10,556 nucleotides of DNA from Candidatus Odinarchaeota archaeon (GCA_038826135.1 JAWBON010000038.1:1-10556); one strand, 5' to 3'; shown: positions 1 through 7,839, counted from the first letter of the stretch. Notes: generated from the letters alone by a model not told the origin. A program made the numbers and translations.

Positions 1-555
1 AAGCGTAAATTAATGATTATAGCGGTTGACGGTGCTTTAACAGCTCTTATAGAAAACAAGCTGAACCCAAATATACTTGTAACAGATCTTGACGGGTTTA
101 AACTAGAATTTTTAAACCAAGTTCAGGGGGGGTTGATCGCTGTTCACGCTCATGGTGACAACATTGATAAAATTAAAAATTATCCTACACGCTTGTTATC
201 AAGAACTCTTGGAACATGTCAGGTGGATTTTAACAAAAATATTTTAAATATAGGAGGTTTCACAGACGGGGATCGAGCGGTCTGCTTATGTGAATGTTTC
301 GAGGCTGGAACTGTTTTTCTACTTGGTATGGACTTCGGCTATACTGTAGGGAGCTATTCTAAGCCCCATCTTAACCGTGCTGTAAAAGCCAGTTTGGTTA
401 AACGTAGAAAGATGGTTTACGCTATGAATATAATAAAAGAGTTAGTTTTTAATAGTGATATTAAATATTACTGTTTATTGCAAAGTTCAGAGTTAGACTC
501 TATCCCAGTAATGAAGATGGAGGAATTTAAGAATTATATTAAAGACTATTATTGA
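1..555 (+). CDS. mptE: 6-hydroxymethyl-7,8-dihydropterin pyrophosphokinase, archaeal MptE family (5'-truncated by window edge)
   Basis: Motifs AVDGA, VTDLDG, VHAHGDN, GGFTDGDRA and LGMDFG are those of the MptE (DUF115) family. The frame is open from base 1 (AAG CGT AAA TTA ATG), so the ATG at 13 is probably internal and the true start lies upstream of the window. Confidence 0.88.
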   Translation, partial: KRKLMIIAVDGALTALIENKLNPNILVTDLDGFKLEFLNQVQGGLIAVHAHGDNIDKIKNYPTRLLSRTLGTCQVDFNKNILNIGGFTDGDRAVCLCECFEAGTVFLLGMDFGYTVGSYSKPHLNRAVKASLVKRRKMVYAMNIIKELVFNSDIKYYCLLQSSELDSIPVMKMEEFKNYIKDYY

Positions 556-585
556 AAGTGAACTTTAATATTTAAGTGGTCTGAT

Positions 586-2688
586 ATGAGCATTCTGATA
601 ATCACTGAGAAACCTTCAGCTTGTTTAAGAATCGCCAACGCTCTAGACGACGGTAACACTTTAAAAAAGTTTGAGGAAGGGGGCGTTACATACTACCGTG
701 TTAAACATAATGGGGAACAATTGATCATAGTATCCGCTTTAGGTCATCTCTACACGGTTACTCAGAGAGGGGAAGGATGGGTTTACCCGGTTTTTAACAC
801 TACGTGGGTTCCCTCCTATAAGGTTAGTAAATCAGCTAGGAATACTAAAGGCTTCATAGAGGTTATTAGGAAGCTAGCGTCTGAAGCAGCGGTTTTTATA
901 AACGCATGTGACTTTGACTTGGAAGGAAGCCTTATAGGATACTCTGTTATTAAATACGCTTGCGGTGGGGGGGCTCTCAACTCGGCTAAGAGAATGAAGT
1001 TTTCAACTCTCACTAAGGGTGAGTTATTATCCGCTTTTGAAGACATGTCGGATGGTTTAGATCTTAACATGGTTGAAGCAGGGCAGACCAGGCATGAAGT
1101 CGACTGGTTGTTCGGAATAAACTTGAGCAGAGCTTTAACTCTTGCTTTAAAAAACACCAGTGGATTGTATAAAGCGTTGAGCACAGGTAGGGTTCAAGGC
1201 CCGACACTGTCATTCATATATCATCGAGAAAAGGAAATTCAATCGTTTGTACCAGTACCATACTGGGTTATTAACGCCGAGATCATAATAGATGAAACCG
1301 CATACCAGTTAGAATACTCTGAGAGTAGAATAAACGTTAAATCTGAGGCTGAGAGAACTCTCAAAGAGTGTTTAGGTAAACCCGCGCTTATAACCGATAT
1401 TAAAACCACAGAGTACCGGCAGAAACCCCCTGTTCCATTCGACATCGGCACTCTCCAGGTTGAAGCCTATAAGTTCTTCGGGTTCACACCCAGGCGTACT
1501 CTGAACATCGCTGAAAGACTTTATCTTGACGCTTTAATATCTTATCCTAGAACTAGTAGCCAGAAAATACCGGAATCCATAAACGTTATAGAAATATTGA
1601 AGGGAATGACTCAGCAGCAGGCTTATCGGAAAATAGCTGAAGAAATTCTCGGTCAAGACAGGATAGTCCCTAATCAGGGTGAGAAAGATGACCCTGCTCA
1701 TCCTGCTATTCATGTAACCGGTAATAAGCCTGAAAGAGAACTTGACGCGGATGAGAGGAAACTTTATGATTTAATCGCTAAAAGATTCTTCGCCTTATTC
1801 GGGGAACCCGCCTTAAAGGAGAGTGTGAAGGCTGAAGTTCACATAGGTCCTCATGTTTTCTATCTTAAAGGGCGTCAGATAAAATCACTGGGGTGGCTTC
1901 GCTTCTACGAGCCTTACTTTAAACAGGAAGATATTATACTACCCTCTTTATCTATCGGTCAACAGCTTGAAACTCCGCGGATGACGGTTGAGGAAAAATA
2001 TACAACTCCACCGCCTAGGTATAATCCTAGTTCTCTCCTTAAACTTATGGAGAAAGAGAACCTTGGGACTAAGGCTACTCGAGCTGATATAATAGACACT
2101 TTGATAAAACGCGGTTTTGTTACAAGCCAGCCTATGGAGATGACTGACCTGGGTTTTTCAATAATAGATGTTTTAGAGAAATATTCCCCAGGTGTTTTAT
2201 CTGTGAAGTTAACTCGTGATATTGAAGAAGACCTGGATAATATTCAAAAAAACAAGAAAACTAGGAAAGATGTTATAATAGAGTCGATTACCGCATTAAA
2301 GCCTATTCTAGAAGAGTTTAGAATGAGGGAGAACGTTATCGGTACAGATCTGGGGGCGGCGCTTAAAAAACTATGGAAGAAACAAAACTATATCGGTGTA
2401 TGCCCTAAATGCGGGACAGGCGAGTTAACAGTTATCTACTCCAGGTCATCTTATAAAAGATTTATAGGATGTTCTAATTATCGCAGCGGTTCATGTAATG
2501 CCAGTTTTCCACTGCCTCAAAAAGGGCGGGTTGAATCCACAGATAAGAAGTGTGAGCATTGCGGTTACCCTGTGATAAAAGTGTTCATGCCCGGTAGGAG
2601 GCCATGGAATATGTGTGTTAACTGGCTTCAATGCCCGGGTAGAAAGACTTCAAATGAAGTTAAACACGAGATCGGGGGCAGCTCATAA
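586..2688 (+). CDS. topA: Type IA DNA topoisomerase, archaeal TopA/Topo III type, 700 aa
   Basis: Toprim motifs ITEKPSA and ACDFDLEG, plus GRVQ, catalytic-Tyr region LISYPRT, HPAI and GTKATRA. Two C-terminal Cys4 zinc ribbons: CPKC...CSNY...C and CEHC...CVNWLQC. No intein-sized insertion. Confidence 0.96.
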   Translation: MSILIITEKPSACLRIANALDDGNTLKKFEEGGVTYYRVKHNGEQLIIVSALGHLYTVTQRGEGWVYPVFNTTWVPSYKVSKSARNTKGFIEVIRKLASEAAVFINACDFDLEGSLIGYSVIKYACGGGALNSAKRMKFSTLTKGELLSAFEDMSDGLDLNMVEAGQTRHEVDWLFGINLSRALTLALKNTSGLYKALSTGRVQGPTLSFIYHREKEIQSFVPVPYWVINAEIIIDETAYQLEYSESRINVKSEAERTLKECLGKPALITDIKTTEYRQKPPVPFDIGTLQVEAYKFFGFTPRRTLNIAERLYLDALISYPRTSSQKIPESINVIEILKGMTQQQAYRKIAEEILGQDRIVPNQGEKDDPAHPAIHVTGNKPERELDADERKLYDLIAKRFFALFGEPALKESVKAEVHIGPHVFYLKGRQIKSLGWLRFYEPYFKQEDIILPSLSIGQQLETPRMTVEEKYTTPPPRYNPSSLLKLMEKENLGTKATRADIIDTLIKRGFVTSQPMEMTDLGFSIIDVLEKYSPGVLSVKLTRDIEEDLDNIQKNKKTRKDVIIESITALKPILEEFRMRENVIGTDLGAALKKLWKKQNYIGVCPKCGTGELTVIYSRSSYKRFIGCSNYRSGSCNASFPLPQKGRVESTDKKCEHCGYPVIKVFMPGRRPWNMCVNWLQCPGRKTSNEVKHEIGGSS

Positions 2689-2912
2689 TGTCATGTCCTA
2701 TATGTGATAAGGGTGAGGGCGAGTTCTGTGAGAACCACGCTTCCGCATATATTAGCGTTGTTGAAGCCTTTAAAAAATGGCAGACAGCCACCCCAATCCG
2801 CTGGGAAGATTATCTTAAGAGAATTATAGATAACGAGTATACTGGTAAATGGGCTAGGGAGGTTGCGGAATACCTGTTACGTAAAGGCTCACCACCCAGC
2901 GGTGTTACATAA
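2688..2912 (+). CDS. Small uncharacterised protein, 74 aa, with an N-terminal CxxC-x7-CxxH putative zinc finger and a Trp-rich helical C-terminal part
   Basis: ATG overlaps the topA stop (TAATG at 2686-2690). SD-like GGGGG at 2674-2678. C3-x2-C6-x7-C14-x2-H17, and W31, W39, W55 in amphipathic-helix patterns. Confidence 0.8.
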   Translation: MSCPICDKGEGEFCENHASAYISVVEAFKKWQTATPIRWEDYLKRIIDNEYTGKWAREVAEYLLRKGSPPSGVT

Positions 2913-3633
2913 TCACACCATCTATAAACGCTCTTATCCTATCACTTGAAGGCTTACCGAATATTACTTGAGCGTTCCCCTCCTCCAGTATTTCACCGTT
3001 TAGAATGAATCCTACACGACCATCCAGTCTTTTAGCCTGAGACATGTTGTGAGTGGCTATAATTATAGTTGTCCCCATCTCTTTATTCATATCTTTAATT
3101 AAAGCTTCTATTAAAGCAACGTTAGGAGGGTCTAGGTTAGCGGTAGGCTCGTCGAGTAGAAGTAACTCCGGGTCTAAAACCATACATCTTGCTAAAGCTG
3201 TTCTCTGAGCTTCACCCCCCGATAATAGTGTAGCATTCTGTTTTTCAAACTCTGATAATCCAACCTTCAATAAGGCTTCTTGAACTTTTCTCCTTATAGT
3301 GTTTGATTGAACACCGCGGAGGCTAAGCCCATAAGCCACATTGTCAAAAACGCTCATATTAAATAATGTGACTTTTTGATGCAGTAACGCCATTCTTCTT
3401 CTTAAGTTAACCTGTTGGCTTTTATTTAAATTCCCTGTTCGAACACCGTTGAAGATTAGTTCCCCGCTTGAAGGTTCCTCTAAAAGATCGATTATTCTAA
3501 GGAGCGTGCTCTTGCCAGCTCCGCTTGGCCCTATTAAGGTGTAAATATCCCCCTTATTAATGTTTAAATTAACGTTTCTTAGGATTGTTTTCCCCTCATA
3601 CACTTTTGTTAAATTTTTAACTTCTAGTAGCAT
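2905..3633 (-). CDS. tupC: Tungstate ABC transporter ATP-binding subunit
   Basis: Walker A GPSGAGKS, signature LSGGEAQR, Walker B LLLLDEPTANLD, H-loop IATHN. SD AGGTG upstream. Directly downstream of tupA and tupB. Confidence 0.9.
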   Translation of the reverse strand: MLLEVKNLTKVYEGKTILRNVNLNINKGDIYTLIGPSGAGKSTLLRIIDLLEEPSSGELIFNGVRTGNLNKSQQVNLRRRMALLHQKVTLFNMSVFDNVAYGLSLRGVQSNTIRRKVQEALLKVGLSEFEKQNATLLSGGEAQRTALARCMVLDPELLLLDEPTANLDPPNVALIEALIKDMNKEMGTTIIIATHNMSQAKRLDGRVGFILNGEILEEGNAQVIFGKPSSDRIRAFIDGVIM

Positions 3634-3652
3634 GCTCTATTGCACCTTTACC

Positions 3653-4399
3653 TTACTTCACCGGTATCGGTCTTATTGACATTATTCTTCTACCTGCAAG
3701 CTTTTTAGAGCGTAATTGTAAACGTGTTAAAACTACACTGTTAATTATGAAAGCTATTATAATCAGAATTAATCCTAAGGCTAAGGCTTGACCGTAATTG
3801 CCTTGACTTGTCTGTAAAACTATGTCTGTGGTCATAACCCTAGTGAATCCTTCTATATTTCCGCCCAGCATCATGCTGGCCCCCACCTCTGAAATAGACT
3901 GGCCGAAGCCTACAGCTACGCCGCTGAGAATGCTGACTCTGGCCTCTCTAACTATAAGAGCCCATGTTTGACTGCGTGTCGCTCCAAGAGATTTAGCGGT
4001 TTCAATAACTGAGATATCTATTGAACTTACCCCCGCCAAAGTCACACCAGCTATTATAGGTGTGGCTATAATTATCTGGCCGATCATTATCGCTGTAGGA
4101 GTGTACAATAAGGATAGTGCTCCTAGGGGGCCTGTTCTTGAAATTAATATGAAGACAGCAAGGCCTACTACTACGGGTGGTAATCCCATTAAAGTGTTTA
4201 TCAGACTGATAATCATATTCTTTCCGAAAAAATTATTCATACCTATTATAACGCCTACGGGTACTCCGAGCATTGAGGCGAAAGCTACAGCTAGACCTGA
4301 AACTCTCAGTGAAAGTAAGATGACCTGCCATGTGGCAGGGTCGCCTGTGAACAATAATATGAACGCGTTTACAATGCCGTCAATTATAGGATCCGTCAT
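3653..4399 (-). CDS. tupB: Tungstate ABC transporter permease
   Basis: TupB-typical NTLMGLPPVVVGL, EAA loop ETAKSLGA, SISEVGASMMLGGNI and TRVMTT. I prefer the ATG at 4399 over the track's GTG at 4408 because AGGTGG (SD) lies 5 nt upstream of that ATG. Confidence 0.92.
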   Translation of the reverse strand: MTDPIIDGIVNAFILLFTGDPATWQVILLSLRVSGLAVAFASMLGVPVGVIIGMNNFFGKNMIISLINTLMGLPPVVVGLAVFILISRTGPLGALSLLYTPTAIMIGQIIIATPIIAGVTLAGVSSIDISVIETAKSLGATRSQTWALIVREARVSILSGVAVGFGQSISEVGASMMLGGNIEGFTRVMTTDIVLQTSQGNYGQALALGLILIIIAFIINSVVLTRLQLRSKKLAGRRIMSIRPIPVK

Positions 4400-4421
4400 T
4401 AAAACCACCTTTTATATTTTT

Positions 4422-5378
4422 TTAACTGTAGAATTCTCTGATGAGAGGATTCCAGTAATCTAAGTACTCAGCGACCTGTTCATCCGTGTCGAAGTCTAGT
4501 TCTGTTGAATTACTTCTACCGTAGCAGGAGTGAAATAATATCATATTATTTTTCTCGTATCCGTCAATCATTGCTTGCCCAGTGTCTGAACAGATGTAGG
4601 CTATAAACTTCACAGCTGTCTGAAAATTTATATACGGAAATTTTTCCGGATTGACGAGTATAGCACTATACGGGTTAAGTAATGCTTTATCTTTTTCAAC
4701 TAGGATTTCGAGGAATTGTAACCGGTTTATGAGCGAAGCGTATGTTCCTCTATCTGTTATAGTATAGCCTATACTATCCTCGTTCGCTATGAGGAGTGTG
4801 CTGCTCATCCCTTGCCCTGTTCTCTTATACCATGACTGTGTGTCTGGGTTGGGTGTTTGCAGTCCTGTGAGCTCCCAGATTTGTTTTTCACGCACTTCTG
4901 TTCCAGATCCGTCTCCTCTAGAGTAGAAGTGGCAGGCCCCGGCTTCCCCTGTTAAATATATTCTTTTGAAAGCCTCGGTCACGTTTACTAATCCTGTTAC
5001 ATTAGCCGGGTCGCTTTCAGGACCGACTATTATAAAGTCATTATACCACACTGTAACTCTGTGTACACCATATCCCTGTGTGATGAACTCATCTTCCAGG
5101 CTTCTCGCATGAACTATTAGTAGGTCGCAGTCGCCTGTTCTTCCAAGGGTTAATGCTTGCCCTGTTCCCACCGCCACTATTTGAACGTCAACTCTCCAGC
5201 GTGCCTCAAATGACGGTATTAAATAGTTTAGTAGACCTGTTTCATATGTGCTTGTGGTTGTTGCTATGATTAGTCTTTGCTGGGTTTGAGTGTGCTCTAT
5301 TACTGTTAGACCCGCCCCTACGCTGATTGTTGCTATTATAATGATTAGGAGGATTGTGTTTGTCTTCGAATACTTCAT
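4422..5378 (-). CDS. tupA: Tungstate-binding protein with N-terminal membrane anchor
   Basis: ATTTS motif (the TupA tungstate-binding signature), plus SRGDGSGTE, GQGM, TDRGTY and LLNPYS. Hydrophobic N-terminal segment ILLIIIIATISVGAGL. Confidence 0.93.
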   Translation of the reverse strand: MKYSKTNTILLIIIIATISVGAGLTVIEHTQTQQRLIIATTTSTYETGLLNYLIPSFEARWRVDVQIVAVGTGQALTLGRTGDCDLLIVHARSLEDEFITQGYGVHRVTVWYNDFIIVGPESDPANVTGLVNVTEAFKRIYLTGEAGACHFYSRGDGSGTEVREKQIWELTGLQTPNPDTQSWYKRTGQGMSSTLLIANEDSIGYTITDRGTYASLINRLQFLEILVEKDKALLNPYSAILVNPEKFPYINFQTAVKFIAYICSDTGQAMIDGYEKNNMILFHSCYGRSNSTELDFDTDEQVAEYLDYWNPLIREFYS

Positions 5379-5382
5379 ATCT

Positions 5383-5410
5383 ATCGATATGTTTTATCAT
5401 ACATATCGTA
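5383..5410. promoter_or_regulatory. Palindromic operator with ModE-box geometry immediately upstream of tupA
   Basis: Perfect inverted repeat CGATATGT (5385-5392), N8, ACATATCG (5401-5408). The 28-mer ATCG-A-TATGTT-N6-TACATA-T-CGTA fits the spacing of the ModE consensus as I recall it (ATCG-N-TATATA-N6-TATATA-N-CGAT), 15 of 20 defined positions. It begins 4 nt from the tupA ATG. Confidence 0.7.
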
Positions 5411-5421
5411 TAAAAATATAA
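5409..5421 (-). promoter_or_regulatory. Candidate TATA box for tupABC
   Basis: Minus-strand TTATATTTTTATA, with TTTATA about 31-36 nt upstream of the tupA ATG. No SD precedes tupA, consistent with a leaderless or short-leader transcript. Confidence 0.45.
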
Positions 5422-5450
5422 CGGTGCAACACATTGTAAAAATAGCGTCG

Positions 5451-6146
5451 TCAACTATTGAGGATTTTACCATCCTCCATTCTTAAGCCGATCTTAGCTC
5501 TCCGTGCTACTTTAATATCATGCGTTACAATAACAATAGTTTTCTTGAATTCACTATTTAACCGTTCAATAATATCCATTATCTCCTGTCCAGTCTTAGA
5601 GTCAAGTTCACCTGTAAGCTCATCCCCGAGTATTATAGGAGGATCAGATATCAATGCTCTTGCGATAGCTACTCTCTGTCTCTCTCCACCGCTCAACTCA
5701 CCGGGTTTATGGTTAACCCTGTTTTTTAAACCCATCATTTCAAGCAGCATAAGAGCTCTACCCTTGTCAGCAGGCTTAACACCCCTCGGCATTATAGGTG
5801 TTAACACATTGTCCAGCGCTGTTAATGTAGGGATTAAATAGAAGGCTTGGAAAACAAAGCCGATCTTATCTCTTCTGAAAACAGTTAATTTTCTCTCGGG
5901 GAGGTTTGTAATATCAGAGCCGTCTAAGTATACTTTTCCAGAGGTAGGCCGGTCTAAAGCACCTATTATATTCAGCAGGGTTGTTTTACCGCTACCAGAA
6001 GGCCCCATTATACAAATATAATCGCCCTTCATGATGGTTAAATTAACATTATCCAGCGCTTTAACCAGACTCCCCCCTAACTTATAGATTTTAGTCACGT
6101 CTTCGCATCGTATCTCAATTTCGTTTTCACTGTTTTGAACTTGCAA
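5451..6146 (-). CDS. ABC transporter ATP-binding protein, LolD/MacB/SalX-like
   Basis: Walker A GPSGSGKT, GFVFQ Q-loop, LSGGERQRVAIARAL, variant Walker B/D-loop ILGDELTGELD, VTHD. The start is either GTG 6155 (track) or TTG 6146. I prefer TTG 6146 because GGGGTG lies 7 nt upstream. Confidence 0.9.
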   Translation of the reverse strand: MQVQNSENEIEIRCEDVTKIYKLGGSLVKALDNVNLTIMKGDYICIMGPSGSGKTTLLNIIGALDRPTSGKVYLDGSDITNLPERKLTVFRRDKIGFVFQAFYLIPTLTALDNVLTPIMPRGVKPADKGRALMLLEMMGLKNRVNHKPGELSGGERQRVAIARALISDPPIILGDELTGELDSKTGQEIMDIIERLNSEFKKTIVIVTHDIKVARRAKIGLRMEDGKILNS

Positions 6147-6147
6147 T

Positions 6148-7284
6148 TTAAGCACCCCTAAGAATCTCTACAGGAGAGGCTTTAGACGCTTTGTACGCAG
6201 GGTAAAGACCGCCAACTATACCCATACCTATTACAAAAAGTATTATTTCAACTAAGACCATTGGGTGAAGCGGGTTCAGTAAAATATTGAAGAAAGCGGA
6301 GACCACCCCTAAGTATAGAATACCTATTGCGAATCCAACCACGCCGCCAACAGCAGTCACTATAAGCGATTCGTAGATTATATCTTTAATAACATCGGTG
6401 TTCTGCCAGCCTGTAGCCTTCAATGTAGCGTACTCCTTAAGTCTTTCAATAACGCTCATAAGCATCGCAACAACTATGCTCATACCGCCAGCTATGCCCG
6501 CGATAAGGGATATTGAAATCACTAATATATTTATCGTACTAGTGTACTGGCTTATAGTCTGAAGCTGTTCTTCAAAAAGAATCACTTCAAGATTGAGCTC
6601 CTCCTCCGCTGATATCCTTTCTATTTCACTCTTAATTTGGTTAACATTATCCGGGTTATCTGCTTTTATAAGTAGTATACTGTAAGTGTTGTTTGTGAAA
6701 CCGGGTTTAAATAATCTAGCAGTCTCCAACCTTGTATAAATATTCATTTGTGTGAGTATATTAGATGTTTCATAAAGACCTGTAATTGTTAAATTAACTA
6801 TTTTCGAGTCTGGTGTGTATAATGTGATGTTCTCCCCTAATTTTAATTTTAGAAACTCCGCGCTCATCTTACCTATTATACACTCATTTTCCTTTTGAAA
6901 TATACGGCCTTCCATAACACTTGAAGTGGGCCCGCCTATATCCGTGTCATTTTCCACGTTAACTCCAACCAGCTGAGGATTTACAAAACCAGCTCCTAAT
7001 TGAACTGTAGCTATCACCTGACCGGAATAAGCCTCTATGTGTTCTACCCTAGTAATATTATATATTTTTGAAAAATTCAGCTGACTTGTAAAAATTAACT
7101 GCCCTTTTTGCTGAACAGTTATAGAATCTAAATTCTGCTGAGCGAATTTATTCGTCTGATCACTTATCGTAGCGCTTAATGAAGCCATAGCTGTCATCAA
7201 TGAGACTCCTATAGCTATCCCAATTATTGAAACAGCCGCTATATTTCTTCTTCTAAACGCATTTTTAAACGCGTACCTTAACAT
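6148..7284 (-). CDS. ABC transporter permease, MacB/LolE/FtsX-type (type VII), 378 aa
   Basis: N-terminal FKNAFRRR followed by TM1, then a large extracytoplasmic domain with EGRIF...ECIIG, then ERLKEYATLKATGW and C-terminal GGLYPAYKASKASPVEILR. SD GAGGGG upstream of the ATG. Confidence 0.92.
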   Translation of the reverse strand: MLRYAFKNAFRRRNIAAVSIIGIAIGVSLMTAMASLSATISDQTNKFAQQNLDSITVQQKGQLIFTSQLNFSKIYNITRVEHIEAYSGQVIATVQLGAGFVNPQLVGVNVENDTDIGGPTSSVMEGRIFQKENECIIGKMSAEFLKLKLGENITLYTPDSKIVNLTITGLYETSNILTQMNIYTRLETARLFKPGFTNNTYSILLIKADNPDNVNQIKSEIERISAEEELNLEVILFEEQLQTISQYTSTINILVISISLIAGIAGGMSIVVAMLMSVIERLKEYATLKATGWQNTDVIKDIIYESLIVTAVGGVVGFAIGILYLGVVSAFFNILLNPLHPMVLVEIILFVIGMGIVGGLYPAYKASKASPVEILRGA

Positions 7285-7536
7285 TATAGCCCCTCATAAA
7301 ATATAAGTGCTGCAAGCTCATCCTCACTCTTCACTGGTTAGGTAATGGATTGCTAAATATCTCTCAATAATAATATATTAAGTAGACGGTTTATAAGCGG
7401 TAAACCTCTGTAAGGGGACGTGGAAACTGCAGCGCAAAATATTAAAGTAAAACCTCCAAGGTAATATATTTTTAAATAGTTATGCATTTATAAAAGATTA
7501 TTTAAATTTCATTAATAATTGCTGTGGGCGGGTTTT

Positions 7537-7839
7537 ATGGTTAAAAAATCTGAGCGCCTTCTCCAGAGAATACTTCATAATATTAATCTAATAGAACGGT
7601 TCATTTTAGATGGGGGGCTTTATAGGATTATTTCAGTTAAAGAACAGTTTTTACAAAGCTTAGAGACCATTACAGAAGCAATTAAAAAACTGTCTTCTAG
7701 AATTGGAGAAAACTACAAGTATATTAAAGATACTTTAATGGAAAAAATTTATACTGTAAAATCGGTTATTAACCAGCTTGCTTCAGCTAATAAAATAGAA
7801 AAAGCGTTTACATTAAAAGATATTTTAGATGAATTATAA
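7537..7839 (+). CDS. Hypothetical soluble, probably all-helical protein, 100 aa
   Basis: Open frame with GGGCGGG 4 nt before ATG 7537 (preferred over TTG 7519). Heptad-like Ile/Leu spacing and no overlap with other genes. No family recognised. Confidence 0.6.
   Translation: MVKKSERLLQRILHNINLIERFILDGGLYRIISVKEQFLQSLETITEAIKKLSSRIGENYKYIKDTLMEKIYTVKSVINQLASANKIEKAFTLKDILDEL

Noticed and set aside
816-1184. 122-aa minus-strand ORF
   Set aside because: Entirely antisense to topA with no recognisable motif; shadow ORF.
1239-1451. 70-aa minus-strand ORF
   Set aside because: Antisense shadow inside topA.
2664-2690. Possible -1 frameshift fusing TopA to the 74-aa zinc-finger ORF at the G5 run (2674-2678)
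   Set aside because: The -1 frame is open from 2664, but there is no canonical X XXY YYZ slippery heptamer. The G run is better explained as the SD for ATG 2688.
4062-4463. 133-aa plus-strand ORF
   Set aside because: Antisense to tupB and tupA; hydrophobic codons often leave the opposite strand open.
1-5378. Functional link between mptE and tupABC as a tungsten-pterin cofactor cluster
   Set aside because: MptE acts in folate/methanopterin synthesis, not molybdopterin synthesis, and the genes are in opposing operons separated by topA.
5242-5454. 70-aa minus-strand ORF spanning the tupA promoter
   Set aside because: Overlaps tupA out of frame. Its Asn/His-rich tail is a frame-shifted reading of the tupA membrane-anchor codons, and it runs through the operator.
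5458-5841. 127-aa plus-strand ORF
   Set aside because: Antisense shadow of the ABC ATPase.
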